Shown piece after piece: positions 10,290-19,597 of a DNA stretch of 64,000 bases; positions within the stretch are counted from its first letter, which is position 1; every line of letters begins with the position of its first letter. The position numbers and the translations under genes are program-made. The DNA comes from a virus. Where the stretch lies: positions 24,325 to 88,324 of the IMG/VR virus record IMGVR_UViG_3300044644_000945; one strand, given 5' to 3'. The notes under the pieces were generated by a model. That model did not search any database and had not been told where the DNA came from. It worked only from the letters and a program-made list of their open reading frames with translations.

Positions 10290-10573
10290 TACTGCTCTAA
10301 ATTGTCATAATCAATATAGTCATCATCAAAGATTTTATCTTCTGGAGCAACATCTAATAGATCTTCTATGTCTTCTTCTGTAAAGTCATCTTCTAAATCA
10401 TCTTCTATGTCTTCACGTGCTGGACCATGTCTAAGCACACTGTGTATAAAAGGGTCATTAAATTCTTCACCATGGTTGTAAGCTAAAAGATTTTTTAGAT
10501 CTTGATCAGTCATCTTTAGAAACTGTTCTATTGACATTTCAATACATTTACCATTTGGTAACTGATAGATCAT
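10289..10573 (-). CDS. Hypothetical acidic protein
   Basis: 94-aa ORF, MIYQLPNGK..., acidic tail. Confidence 0.65.
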   Translation of the reverse strand: MIYQLPNGKCIEMSIEQFLKMTDQDLKNLLAYNHGEEFNDPFIHSVLRHGPAREDIEDDLEDDFTEEDIEDLLDVAPEDKIFDDDYIDYDNLEQ

Positions 10574-10658
10574 TTTGTTATAATTTATAAAATATGTACT
10601 AAAGTACTACATATTTTTCACTATAATCAGCAATGTATTGAGGTTACTAAAATATTTT

Positions 10659-10673
10659 ACACTATAACGCTAT
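10659..10673 (-). promoter_or_regulatory. 15-bp motif ATAGCGTTATAGTGT (copy 1)
   Basis: Exact match to 39829-39843, both in transcriptional orientation. Confidence 0.5.
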
Positions 10674-11047
10674 AAGTTAGCTCCATTTGTAAAGTTTTCT
10701 ATAAACTTATCAAACTCATAATGTAAACTTCTACCATAAGCACCATCCATTTCAAAGTTTGTAATGATTATTCTTTTTGACACTGTGTCTATAGTTATCA
10801 AAAGTTTAATATCATAGTACATTTGTGTACCTATTCCAAACCCTTTGTCAGAATTCCAAGATTCTGGTGGTACAAGTTTACAAAATAACATTCTTGCAAG
10901 ATAATCAGGATCTTCCCACTTAACTTTTCTATTAAGCACATCATATACTATGTGAAGTATGTTATGTGCTAAGTCATGTGTATATAAAAACACACTACCA
11001 TAAGGACCTCTAATTTCTATTTGACCACTGTTGACGTTTGTTTCCAT
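10670..11047 (-). CDS. Hypothetical protein
   Basis: 125-aa ORF. Confidence 0.65.
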   Translation of the reverse strand: METNVNSGQIEIRGPYGSVFLYTHDLAHNILHIVYDVLNRKVKWEDPDYLARMLFCKLVPPESWNSDKGFGIGTQMYYDIKLLITIDTVSKRIIITNFEMDGAYGRSLHYEFDKFIENFTNGANL

Positions 11048-11223
11048 AAGCTACTTTTATTCCAAACTTAAACCATAACAGCTTTAAATACAAAGAATAA
11101 TTCCATGAAGAAAGAGTAGATTCTTTTTTTACAAATACGCCTGCTCCAAATTCCTTACTGTTGACTATTGCTATTACTTGAACTTTCATATATTTTTGTG
11201 TTAATTTACAATATTACAAAAAA

Positions 11224-11790
11224 TTATTTATTATCTTTGTTTTCTTGTCTTTTTTCCATGTAAGTTTTAAAAATATTTCCAAATCTACCTTGTACTGTAC
11301 CATCAGCCATATTTAGCTCTGGATCTTTTTCAAGAGATATACAATCAATTAAGTCACCATCTTCATCTGCCATTTTACCTTCTCTTTTGATAACATGTAT
11401 ATCCATAACAGAAGAGTCTTTAGTTTCAAATGTAGTCATAAGTACTTCAATCTTTGGAAGATCTTGCCAATCAACAGGAATACCTTCATCTTTATTACCT
11501 TTTCTTAACCATGCTTCTGAAGACCATGAATAACAAAGAGGTTCTAGATCATTCTTAAACATTTCATCAAATAACATTGGAATTATTTCTGCAAAAGCTT
11601 CTTTGTTACCAACATTTTTTAATGCATCTCCAGGTATTGGCACTATAATAACAGTAAATTCTTTTTCTACTGTATTTTTTGCAAGAACATTTATCATAGG
11701 ATCTACCCCACCATTTCTTGCTAAAGACATTGTCATGTTATGAATTACATCTGATTTAAATGCATCAATAAATTCTGAATCACTTTTCAT
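11224..11790 (-). CDS. Hypothetical protein
   Basis: 188-aa ORF with SEAW motif. Confidence 0.65.
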   Translation of the reverse strand: MKSDSEFIDAFKSDVIHNMTMSLARNGGVDPMINVLAKNTVEKEFTVIIVPIPGDALKNVGNKEAFAEIIPMLFDEMFKNDLEPLCYSWSSEAWLRKGNKDEGIPVDWQDLPKIEVLMTTFETKDSSVMDIHVIKREGKMADEDGDLIDCISLEKDPELNMADGTVQGRFGNIFKTYMEKRQENKDNK

Positions 11791-11802
11791 ATTTTCTATT
11801 TT

Positions 11803-12285
11803 TTAAAATGGTAATGTGTCATCTTCTTCTTCAACTACTTCATACTCTTCAACTAGAATGTCTTCAGGTAAAACTGTTACTGGACCAGCTGTAACTGATA
11901 AATCATTTAACATCATGTTTTTTACATGTTCTGTAAGTTGAACACTTAACCAGTCTTTAGGTAATTCTACAGACGCTGCAGGCTCTACTTCAACCACATC
12001 AGTTAATTGTTCTATCCACCATGCAGCAGGCATTAAAGTCATTTTAGCAAATTTGTCTGGAGAATTAGTAGGACACCATTTTAGTGTCTTACCTACTTTA
12101 GAAATAAAATAATTAACTCTAAAAGGTCTTTTGTCAGAGTAAGCAGCTAGTTTATCTCTTGTAGAACCAGATACTTGCATTCCTGCATCTTCCATTAGCC
12201 GATGAATTCTAATCATTTGACTAACATTGCCATCATATTGTAAGCCATAGTAATGACCAAATATTTTACTATAATCTTTTTTCAT
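11803..12285 (-). CDS. Hypothetical protein with SSB-like DDTLPF tail
   Basis: 160-aa ORF; acidic C-terminus ending LPF. Confidence 0.6.
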   Translation of the reverse strand: MKKDYSKIFGHYYGLQYDGNVSQMIRIHRLMEDAGMQVSGSTRDKLAAYSDKRPFRVNYFISKVGKTLKWCPTNSPDKFAKMTLMPAAWWIEQLTDVVEVEPAASVELPKDWLSVQLTEHVKNMMLNDLSVTAGPVTVLPEDILVEEYEVVEEEDDTLPF

Positions 12286-12287
12286 AG

Positions 12288-12491
12288 TTATTCTTCTTTA
12301 GGTTTTAATATTTGTAATTTGTCTTTAGATGCACCTAGTCTTAGGATTGTTATATCTCTAAGTCTAGCTGCTTCTCGTGGATCATCAGATAATCCACATT
12401 CATGTGTAACATTTTTATATGTAAAGGTAGCTCTGAATTTTTTATACCTTTTATTATAGTGTACACCTTGATACTCATTTTTATTGTTCAT
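12288..12491 (-). CDS. Stand-alone AP2-domain DNA-binding protein
   Basis: YQGVHYNKRYKKFRA...G...DPREAARLRD matches the AP2 pattern. Confidence 0.65.
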   Translation of the reverse strand: MNNKNEYQGVHYNKRYKKFRATFTYKNVTHECGLSDDPREAARLRDITILRLGASKDKLQILKPKEE

Positions 12492-13206
12492 TTTCTTTTA
12501 CTTTTAACTCTTCCTCCCATTCATTAGACAAGACATCTAACATGTTTTGAACTTTTTTAGCAAGTCCTTCCATGGTAAGATGTTTAAGATGAGTTTTAAT
12601 TTCTTCTAACTCATCTATTATTTCTTGTTTACTTAATGTTTTTAGTTCTCTGAATTGTTTCATTAATGTATCCATTTCTTCATCTGAACATTCATGTATA
12701 CCCATTGCATCTATAAAAGCTTGTGATGAACTATAGTTTTCTAAACAATTTTCATCATATAGATATTCTTCTATTAAAGCATCCATACCTCCCTCATCAT
12801 ATACATGTTGAGAATATGATTGGTCAAGTCTATCTATACATTCACCATTTTCCCATATACGCTTACCTGCAAAGTCCATCCCACTTTCTGCAAATGTTAT
12901 TTCACATTTAACCTCATAGTGTTCTGATATCATTCTTATAAGTTCTTCAGGTGGTCCCCATGCACTATCACCAGATATCTGTAATGTTTCATCAGATATC
13001 ATGGTGCAGTCAAATTCCCACCATCTAGTACCATAAAAAAGATATTCACTTCCATTGGTTGGTAAACCTTCTTTATTAGGAAAGAAGCTGTTACCCCAGT
13101 CTACAAAATAATTATGATTTTCATAGTTATTAAATAGTACTTGTAGTTTTGCCAGTACATCTGGTTTACCTTCTATTGTTACATTATTCCAACAATGATT
13201 TGCCAT
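12481..13206 (-). CDS. DUF1281/YubB ferredoxin-like domain protein
   Basis: MANHCWN...YGTRW...SAWGPP...FAESGMDFAG. Confidence 0.7.
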   Translation of the reverse strand: MANHCWNNVTIEGKPDVLAKLQVLFNNYENHNYFVDWGNSFFPNKEGLPTNGSEYLFYGTRWWEFDCTMISDETLQISGDSAWGPPEELIRMISEHYEVKCEITFAESGMDFAGKRIWENGECIDRLDQSYSQHVYDEGGMDALIEEYLYDENCLENYSSSQAFIDAMGIHECSDEEMDTLMKQFRELKTLSKQEIIDELEEIKTHLKHLTMEGLAKKVQNMLDVLSNEWEEELKVKENEQ

Positions 13207-13325
13207 ATACTTTTATTTTAAGATTTCTGCTATTATAATTGCTGCAGCAAATAGTATTACTATACCTATTGCAACTTTAAATAGTGTTTCTATCACAAAG
13301 TCTAATTCCTTTTTTTCTTGTGGTG

Positions 13326-13532
13326 TCATAGTTTCTCTAATTCTTGTTTAACTAGTTTATAATCCTCAATAATGTGTCTGTTTTGCCACTGATGTTCTTC
13401 TAATGCTTCAATTGTGTTATTAACATCTATCAAAGCACATTCTTTAGCTCTTATTAAACAGTCTTCTTGCCCCATCTTCCATCTAACATGGGGCATATAA
13501 CTATCTATTAATTTTTGTGCTGTTATACCCAT
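13326..13532 (-). CDS. Hypothetical protein
   Basis: AKECALIDV...VKQELEKL small phage protein pattern. Confidence 0.6.
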   Translation of the reverse strand: MGITAQKLIDSYMPHVRWKMGQEDCLIRAKECALIDVNNTIEALEEHQWQNRHIIEDYKLVKQELEKL

Positions 13533-14128
13533 TTCTTTTTTAGAATTAAGTTGTAGTAATCTGTAGTTTCTTTTTTACCTTCACTATGGCTAATCCAAGT
13601 GCATGGTGCTTTTTTTCTACATTGTGCAATTCTATCTGCTATTGGTGCAGATTTATCTGTTTCTCTTGTATAATACAACCAGCTTTCCCAATAATGATCA
13701 GCATATGGTGCTACAAATGTTACAGCTATTTGCCATTTAAAGAATACAAAAGAAATCATGGGACTCCATTCATATCTGTATGAGTCCCATTTAGTCTTCC
13801 ATCCTAATGATACAAAGTCAAATCCTATCTTTTTAGGTACTGCATGTAGATGTTTCATTTTTTCATCATACAATTCTCTAAATGGTTTTTCTCTTCTTGC
13901 ATAGGTAGGATTATTTTTGTTCCATTGTCTTGTTTCTCTTATACCTTTAACAGCTGATTTTATAGCTAATGCAGGTGTTGCTTTAACCCATTTTCTAGGA
14001 AAGAAGTATGGTGTACCTAATGCAACCTTGCCACAGTAAAACTGTAACTTCAAAGGTTTGAATGGAGAGTTATATGCTCTTAAGAAATTAAGGTCATTTA
14101 TGAAATACTTAATTTTATTTTTTATCAT
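13523..14128 (-). CDS. Hypothetical protein (Trp-rich)
   Basis: 201-aa ORF. Confidence 0.65.
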   Translation of the reverse strand: MIKNKIKYFINDLNFLRAYNSPFKPLKLQFYCGKVALGTPYFFPRKWVKATPALAIKSAVKGIRETRQWNKNNPTYARREKPFRELYDEKMKHLHAVPKKIGFDFVSLGWKTKWDSYRYEWSPMISFVFFKWQIAVTFVAPYADHYWESWLYYTRETDKSAPIADRIAQCRKKAPCTWISHSEGKKETTDYYNLILKKKWV

Positions 14129-14129
14129 A

Positions 14130-14510
14130 CTAATTTTTATGAAATTCTACATAATAACCTTTAGCAATAATCACTCTAAGACAGGTGTCATCTTCAAATA
14201 ATTGAATAGCTACTCTATCTCCTGATTCATCTAAACATTCTATAATTTGATATGCGTCACCATTGGTTGTAACATCTTTGGTCATACCTACAATTTGATG
14301 GAATGTTCTTATATTTCCATTTGGATAATAGAATACAATATCTCTAACACCATTTGCATTAAATACAACAGTGATATCTGCACTTTGCCATTCACCTTTA
14401 ACATTATTGCTTACAGGAATTAATGATGTATATTTTTTAACAAATGTGTCTTGTGCAATGCACACAAAGCTGCTCAATAATAGTAGAGCTGCTAATAATA
14501 GTTTTTTCAT
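14130..14510 (-). CDS. Hypothetical exported protein
   Basis: MKKLLLAALLLLSSFVCIA-Q signal peptide, with Gln at +1 as typical of Bacteroidota. Confidence 0.65.
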   Translation of the reverse strand: MKKLLLAALLLLSSFVCIAQDTFVKKYTSLIPVSNNVKGEWQSADITVVFNANGVRDIVFYYPNGNIRTFHQIVGMTKDVTTNGDAYQIIECLDESGDRVAIQLFEDDTCLRVIIAKGYYVEFHKN

Positions 14511-14626
14511 TTTTTTACAGGTTTAGGATTACACGTATGACCATCACTCCATTTAATTCCTGGAGGTGGTGTTGTTTCTGGTGAGCTGTATATTGTACCA
14601 CACTCATTACATACAAATTTGTTCAT
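14507..14626 (-). CDS. Small putative Zn-binding peptide (39 aa)
   Basis: Hand-translated MNKFVCNECG...DGHTCNPKPVKK; ATGA overlap with next gene. Confidence 0.5.
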   Translation of the reverse strand: MNKFVCNECGTIYSSPETTPPPGIKWSDGHTCNPKPVKK

Positions 14627-14724
14627 TAGCTTATTTCTTCTTAAATATAAGGTATAAACCTATTATAAATCCAGCTATTACAAAACTAGCTGCTATTATT
14701 CCAACTATAAAATGTATCATAATG

Positions 14725-15114
14725 TTATTTCTTTTTAAATTTGTTAAACAATTCTAACAATTCATGAAGATTGTAATATCTTCTTGTAAGAGCTGTATGT
14801 TTATCTTCATTATAATAAAGACTGTTATACGTATTGCGTGCATAATACAAACCACGATTTTTATTACCATGATATATACTAAAATGATTTTGTCTCCATT
14901 CAAGAAATTCTATAACATGTTTGTTTAAATCTTCCTCACTATACATTCTTTCTGATTGCCATTTAGCACCTTCAATAAATGATTTTTCTGAATCATCTCT
15001 TATAGTTTGATTGCTGTGATTTTTAGCAGCATCTATAAGCGCTTGGTTTGGTTCAGCAGGATTTACTATACCATCAATAAAGATTTCAATGTCTTGTTTA
15101 GGTTCTTGTTTCAT
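14725..15114 (-). CDS. Hypothetical protein
   Basis: FIEGAKWQ..RMYSEED motif seen in Bacteroidota phage small proteins. Confidence 0.6.
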   Translation of the reverse strand: MKQEPKQDIEIFIDGIVNPAEPNQALIDAAKNHSNQTIRDDSEKSFIEGAKWQSERMYSEEDLNKHVIEFLEWRQNHFSIYHGNKNRGLYYARNTYNSLYYNEDKHTALTRRYYNLHELLELFNKFKKK

Positions 15115-15298
15115 AATAAAAATTTGGTGTATAATTAGTATTAGTTATTTCACTAACACTTGTTATTCTTTTTAAAATTCTTTTTCCTTTTGTAAAGTTT
15201 CTAACAGCTTCCATAATATTGGTAGCTTCTACAATTTCTTCAAGGTCTGTGGCTTCATCATTACGTTCTGCCCAGTAACATACTAAATATTTTTTCAT
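15098..15298 (-). CDS. Hypothetical protein
   Basis: 66-aa ORF. Confidence 0.55.
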   Translation of the reverse strand: MKKYLVCYWAERNDEATDLEEIVEATNIMEAVRNFTKGKRILKRITSVSEITNTNYTPNFYYETRT

Positions 15299-15315
15299 TG
15301 TTTTTTTGTATTAAT

Positions 15316-15498
15316 AACACATGCTAACTCATACCAAGGAATTCAACCTTGAGTCTTACTACTTCTGTCTTGGTCATTGTCCTCGTATCTTGCTAATACT
15401 AAAATATCATAGATATTGTTCTTAGTGTCGTTCCTGTCCTAGCGCGTTGCAGGCAAGCGATGTTTTAGCAACCTAAACTATATGAGTCAGCATGTGTT
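15316..15498 (-). ncRNA. Candidate tRNA-like structured RNA
   Basis: 18-bp terminal inverted repeat, D-arm-like TAGTTT..AAAC and T-arm-like CAAGG-TTGAATT-CCTTG. Confidence 0.45.
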
Positions 15499-15503
15499 TA
15501 ATT

Positions 15504-17333
15504 TTACATAATTGTCTTTGATTTTATAAGCTTATCTACTCTTTTAGATACATAAGCTATAATATCATTTGGAAGATTTTTGATATCAGTCATCTTAATG
15601 TGATAATCAAACATTTCTTCACAAGGAACATGTTCTTCTATGGCAATCTGAATTACTTGAAAACCAAGTGATTGCGCCATAGTAACTTTCTTTCTGGTAT
15701 CATCAATGGCTTTTTGACCATCATAACCACTTGCATATGGAGCACCATCAGAGATAACAAACAACAAACAAGGATCTTGATTCATAGATCTTATCTTTTT
15801 AGCAACAGCATATATGGCATGACCATCTCTGTTGTTATGTCTTGCAGATATATCACCTAGTGTATAACCATTGATACCTTTACCATGTTCTACATATGTA
15901 CGTATCATGGTATCACCATATGATCCTCCACCACCTCCATCTGCAGTATGACCATATACATATATTCTTGCATCTGGTACTTTTCTAAATACCTCATACA
16001 AGAATATAGCAGCTTGTCTTGCTTTCTTGATTTTGTGACCATCCATAGAACCAGACTCATCTACTAACACACCTATGTTAAGCTTGTTAGTCTTAACTTC
16101 ACCAAATCTTTCATAGATGGTAGGTACATTTTGCTTAGCTTCTGCAATCTTGTTAGTATCAAGTCTACCAGAACGCATAGATTTCATAGCAAACTGATAA
16201 TCTTTACATTTTCTAGCAAACAATTGTGCTAACACAGATGCTTTACATGTATCTATTTCTTTAAGTTCTCTTTGATATCTAGCTTTATCTACTTCTGGCT
16301 TAATAAACTTAATAGTACTATCGTCTGAATTACCATCAGAATCATAGTTATGTTTCTTAGGTGGAGCATTTTTCTCATCCATGTCTTCAGTAAAATCCTG
16401 AAATTCTTTCATAGACTCTTCATCTTCTTCTACTGGAGCACCACTCATCATCTGTTCCATCAAAGATTTAGCAAGGTCATTCATATCATCAGCTGTAGGA
16501 CCAGGATTTGGACAAGAACCATCTGGTTCAGGTTCTTCTTCATTATCTTTGATGTACTTTTTAACTACACCATGCATGTAAGAAGCTTGTTGTTCACATT
16601 CTTGAGAAGTACTAGGAAAACCATGTTTTTTTACATAGCTTTCAATTTGTTTGATAGGTTTCTCAAACTCTTGCATCTCTTCTTCAGTAATATGTGCAGG
16701 ATATCTTAGAAACTTAGTAATAAGCTCTAACAATCTTTTACCTTCATGTTCTTCAGAAGACAATGGTTCATATGTTTCATCAAACTTATGTTGCTTATAC
16801 TTTTGCACAAACTTACTATATCCTGGAAATCTTTCTGCAAGCTTTTTATTTACACGCTCTGTGTTTAAGATTGTAAATAACAAATCTTTAGGTGTAGTCC
16901 TAGTATCAGGAGACATAGCATTCATAGTACGTACATAATCACCTTTACCTTGCATTGTTGCAAGAGCTGCATTTTGTATAGCTGCACCATAAAATGCATC
17001 TAGCAATTTTGTGTCATGATTTTTATACTTTCCATCTTCACCTTTTAGCATAGTAAGTGGTACATGTATAGTTGGTGCAGTAGTAGCTCTTACATCTTGT
17101 CTTTGCAACTTAGATGTAAGTTTCATGTCTTTTGTGACATTCATAACTTTAAACATACTACCAATCATGTTAGCAGCTGTTTTAAGATTTTGTGTATCTC
17201 TTACAAAATATGAAGAGTAACCACTTCTAGGTGCATCATCCCAGTCAAACAACTCATTTCTTTTGTCATAAAAAGAATATGCATCTTCTTCTTTTCTTCT
17301 AAACCAATCTCTATTAAAACCTATTTTACTCAT
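15504..17333 (-). CDS. vWA-domain protein (CobT/NorD-like partner of MoxR ATPase)
   Basis: SGRLD, MIDAS LVDESGSM, NRDGHAI, VISDGAP. Confidence 0.85.
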   Translation of the reverse strand: MSKIGFNRDWFRRKEEDAYSFYDKRNELFDWDDAPRSGYSSYFVRDTQNLKTAANMIGSMFKVMNVTKDMKLTSKLQRQDVRATTAPTIHVPLTMLKGEDGKYKNHDTKLLDAFYGAAIQNAALATMQGKGDYVRTMNAMSPDTRTTPKDLLFTILNTERVNKKLAERFPGYSKFVQKYKQHKFDETYEPLSSEEHEGKRLLELITKFLRYPAHITEEEMQEFEKPIKQIESYVKKHGFPSTSQECEQQASYMHGVVKKYIKDNEEEPEPDGSCPNPGPTADDMNDLAKSLMEQMMSGAPVEEDEESMKEFQDFTEDMDEKNAPPKKHNYDSDGNSDDSTIKFIKPEVDKARYQRELKEIDTCKASVLAQLFARKCKDYQFAMKSMRSGRLDTNKIAEAKQNVPTIYERFGEVKTNKLNIGVLVDESGSMDGHKIKKARQAAIFLYEVFRKVPDARIYVYGHTADGGGGGSYGDTMIRTYVEHGKGINGYTLGDISARHNNRDGHAIYAVAKKIRSMNQDPCLLFVISDGAPYASGYDGQKAIDDTRKKVTMAQSLGFQVIQIAIEEHVPCEEMFDYHIKMTDIKNLPNDIIAYVSKRVDKLIKSKTIM

Positions 17334-17349
17334 AGTGTTTTTGTATTAT

Positions 17350-17376
17350 AAAAAAGGGAGACTGTTACATCTCCCT
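17350..17376 (-). terminator. Intrinsic terminator/attenuator between ATPase and vWA genes
   Basis: agggaga/tctccct stem, GTAA loop, T-run on minus strand. Confidence 0.6.
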
Positions 17377-17390
17377 GTTTTAGGTTATTA

Positions 17391-18674
17391 TTAAAATGCA
17401 GAAATTATAGATTTAACCTTAGCACGCTCAGATGCACCTATGCTATCCTCAAATAGAGGCATAACAACACATTCTATAGCATTGATCAAGTCAAATCCAT
17501 CTACTACTAAACCAGCAGTTTGAAGAGTATGTCTAACAGATATGCTAGTAGACAACTCTTGGTCTTTGTATTGCTTTCTAACCTCATTAGCTACTTTTAC
17601 AATAGCTTTTGCAGGTTTCTCTTCAATACCAGTTCTAATCATAAGAACTTTAATTTCGTCTTTCTCCTGTGGATACTGTGTCTCAATAGGGAAAAATCTA
17701 TCTAGTAATGCTCTATCTAATGCATTAGTACCTGAATACTCAGAACCAATATTAGCAGTTGCAATAAACACAGTATCAGGATGAACTTCAATCTTTTGAT
17801 CTGCTTCATCATGAGCCACATCTACAGGCAAATATCTTCTACCATCTAAACATGGGAACAAGATATTATTAGCTGCCAGTGGAGCTCTAGAAAGCTCGTC
17901 TAAGAGCACAATTCCACCTGACTGGATATGAGATACAAATGGAGCTGTTTTGAACTCAGAAATGCCTTCTTTATTAAGTGTATGAACACCTAGTAAAGCA
18001 GACTGAGCATCTTGAACAGTACCCATATCTTGTATAAACATTTCTTTACCCAAAGCTTTAGCCAAGTGTTTAACAATTTCTGTTTTACCAGTACCAGTGT
18101 CGCCTATTAACATGATATTTTCACCACGTAATACATTGCGTACAAGTAAATACCACATGTCAGGTTCAATATGGAAACCTATGTCTTCTCTTGTAGGTAC
18201 AGGATACTTAGCTGCAATAGTTCTTTTAAGACTTGCACCTGATGATGCTGTAGCACCTGCTGCAGGCATGGCAAACTTAGCATCCCAGTCAATTGTATAT
18301 CCATAAGGAGTAAACAACTCAGACATCTTTTTGGCATTTTCTATACCACACCACTCAATGGTTGGATTATCAATCATATAGTCCATTAGATAATCAATAA
18401 TAGGATTAGCTTCTGGACACTGTTGCTTGTATGCAGTGTTATTATATGTCAATGCAACAATATCTTCTTTGCGAAAGTGCAAGTGATCAGCTTCTGGGAA
18501 GTCATATTTATGTGCTGCAAACACAGTACCTAAAGGAAATGCTACAATCTCAGCAATAGGAGCAGTTATTTTGATGTCCTGTACTGCAATTGGTAATGTT
18601 TTCTCAAAGGATTGACCTGGCAATGTTTCAATTTGAAAACTTGTTCCTTCTAAAAATGCTCTAAATAAAATCAT
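17391..18674 (-). CDS. MoxR/CbbQ/NorQ-type AAA+ ATPase
   Basis: GDTGTGKT, LLDELSR, ATAN, ALLDRF, ISVR. Confidence 0.9.
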   Translation of the reverse strand: MILFRAFLEGTSFQIETLPGQSFEKTLPIAVQDIKITAPIAEIVAFPLGTVFAAHKYDFPEADHLHFRKEDIVALTYNNTAYKQQCPEANPIIDYLMDYMIDNPTIEWCGIENAKKMSELFTPYGYTIDWDAKFAMPAAGATASSGASLKRTIAAKYPVPTREDIGFHIEPDMWYLLVRNVLRGENIMLIGDTGTGKTEIVKHLAKALGKEMFIQDMGTVQDAQSALLGVHTLNKEGISEFKTAPFVSHIQSGGIVLLDELSRAPLAANNILFPCLDGRRYLPVDVAHDEADQKIEVHPDTVFIATANIGSEYSGTNALDRALLDRFFPIETQYPQEKDEIKVLMIRTGIEEKPAKAIVKVANEVRKQYKDQELSTSISVRHTLQTAGLVVDGFDLINAIECVVMPLFEDSIGASERAKVKSIISAF

Positions 18675-18756
18675 AATTTGATGTATAAATAATTAATAAT
18701 GTTTGAATTTTTCTTAAAAAAGTAAATACTTTTAATTTGTCATATATAAAAAAAGT

Positions 18757-18783
18757 AAAAAGGTGCCATTTTTGACACCTTTT
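18757..18783 (-). terminator. Intrinsic terminator
   Basis: aaaaggtg/cacctttt stem with A/T runs on both sides. Confidence 0.55.
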
Positions 18784-18787
18784 ATTA

Positions 18788-19267
18788 TTATGCTAAACCT
18801 CCCTTGAAGTCTGTGATGTTGAAATTACTATCATCATCATCACTATCAGGTCCTAGTTCATCAAGCTTAAGTTGTTCAAGTTCAATTCTAATTTTAGCTA
18901 TTGATTCTTCATCTTGTTCTTCAAAAGCTTTGTCTAATCTTCTCTTGATGTCAATCACTTTATCTTTGATATGTTTAGGTAAACTATTTAAAGCATTTTC
19001 AATTTGATTAGAAATTTTACTGATTGTTTTTGTATTGTTCTTTTGTGACAACTCTGAAACAATTTCTTCTTTAGTATCTTGAAGATTCTGAATAAGAATA
19101 TCAATCATACCTATAGTCTCAAAGGGTTTACCTTTTGATATCATCATAGATGCATGAGGTACACCATCTTCAGTTACATCAACACCTACAAGGAAATGAG
19201 AGTTAAATCCTGGTTGATCAATTTCTTTTTTAAAATCTTGCAATTTGTCTAATACACTTTTTTTCAT
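18788..19267 (-). CDS. Hypothetical coiled-coil protein
   Basis: 159-aa ORF. Confidence 0.6.
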   Translation of the reverse strand: MKKSVLDKLQDFKKEIDQPGFNSHFLVGVDVTEDGVPHASMMISKGKPFETIGMIDILIQNLQDTKEEIVSELSQKNNTKTISKISNQIENALNSLPKHIKDKVIDIKRRLDKAFEEQDEESIAKIRIELEQLKLDELGPDSDDDDSNFNITDFKGGLA

Positions 19268-19276
19268 GTTTTTTAT

Positions 19277-19597
19277 TTATTTGAATTGTTCTAATAATTT
19301 TGTCACTGAGTCATCACATTGTTCTATAATGTTTACTACAGGTGTTAATTTATCAATTATATCACATGCAGTTTTGTAGTATTCTGTCTCTTTGAACTTT
19401 GCTACATACTCTGGTTTAACTTCTTTAATAGCTGTTGCTATTCCCAATGGTGTTTCTACTTGTTTACTCACCACATTCTTGTCAAGGTTCTTATCAAGAA
19501 CTGTTTTATAGTTTTTAAGTCTATAATACATGAATATTATCTCTGCATTATTTAGACCTGCAAATCTATTTTCTTCTGAAACTTTTTTCTTAGCCAT
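19277..19597 (-). CDS. Hypothetical protein
   Basis: 106-aa ORF. Confidence 0.6.
   Translation of the reverse strand: MAKKKVSEENRFAGLNNAEIIFMYYRLKNYKTVLDKNLDKNVVSKQVETPLGIATAIKEVKPEYVAKFKETEYYKTACDIIDKLTPVVNIIEQCDDSVTKLLEQFK

Noticed and set aside
15316-15498. Retron msr-msd (flanking inverted repeats)
   Set aside because: No reverse transcriptase in the window, and the internal features look tRNA-like instead.
16350-18306. Plus-strand ORFs opposite the vWA and ATPase genes, and similar antisense ORFs elsewhere in the track
   Set aside because: They are shadow ORFs fully overlapping well-supported genes, with no promoter or recognisable motifs.
15504-18674. Cobalamin biosynthesis (cobS/cobT) auxiliary genes
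   Set aside because: The motifs only support a generic MoxR AAA+/vWA pair, and no cobN or other cob genes are present.
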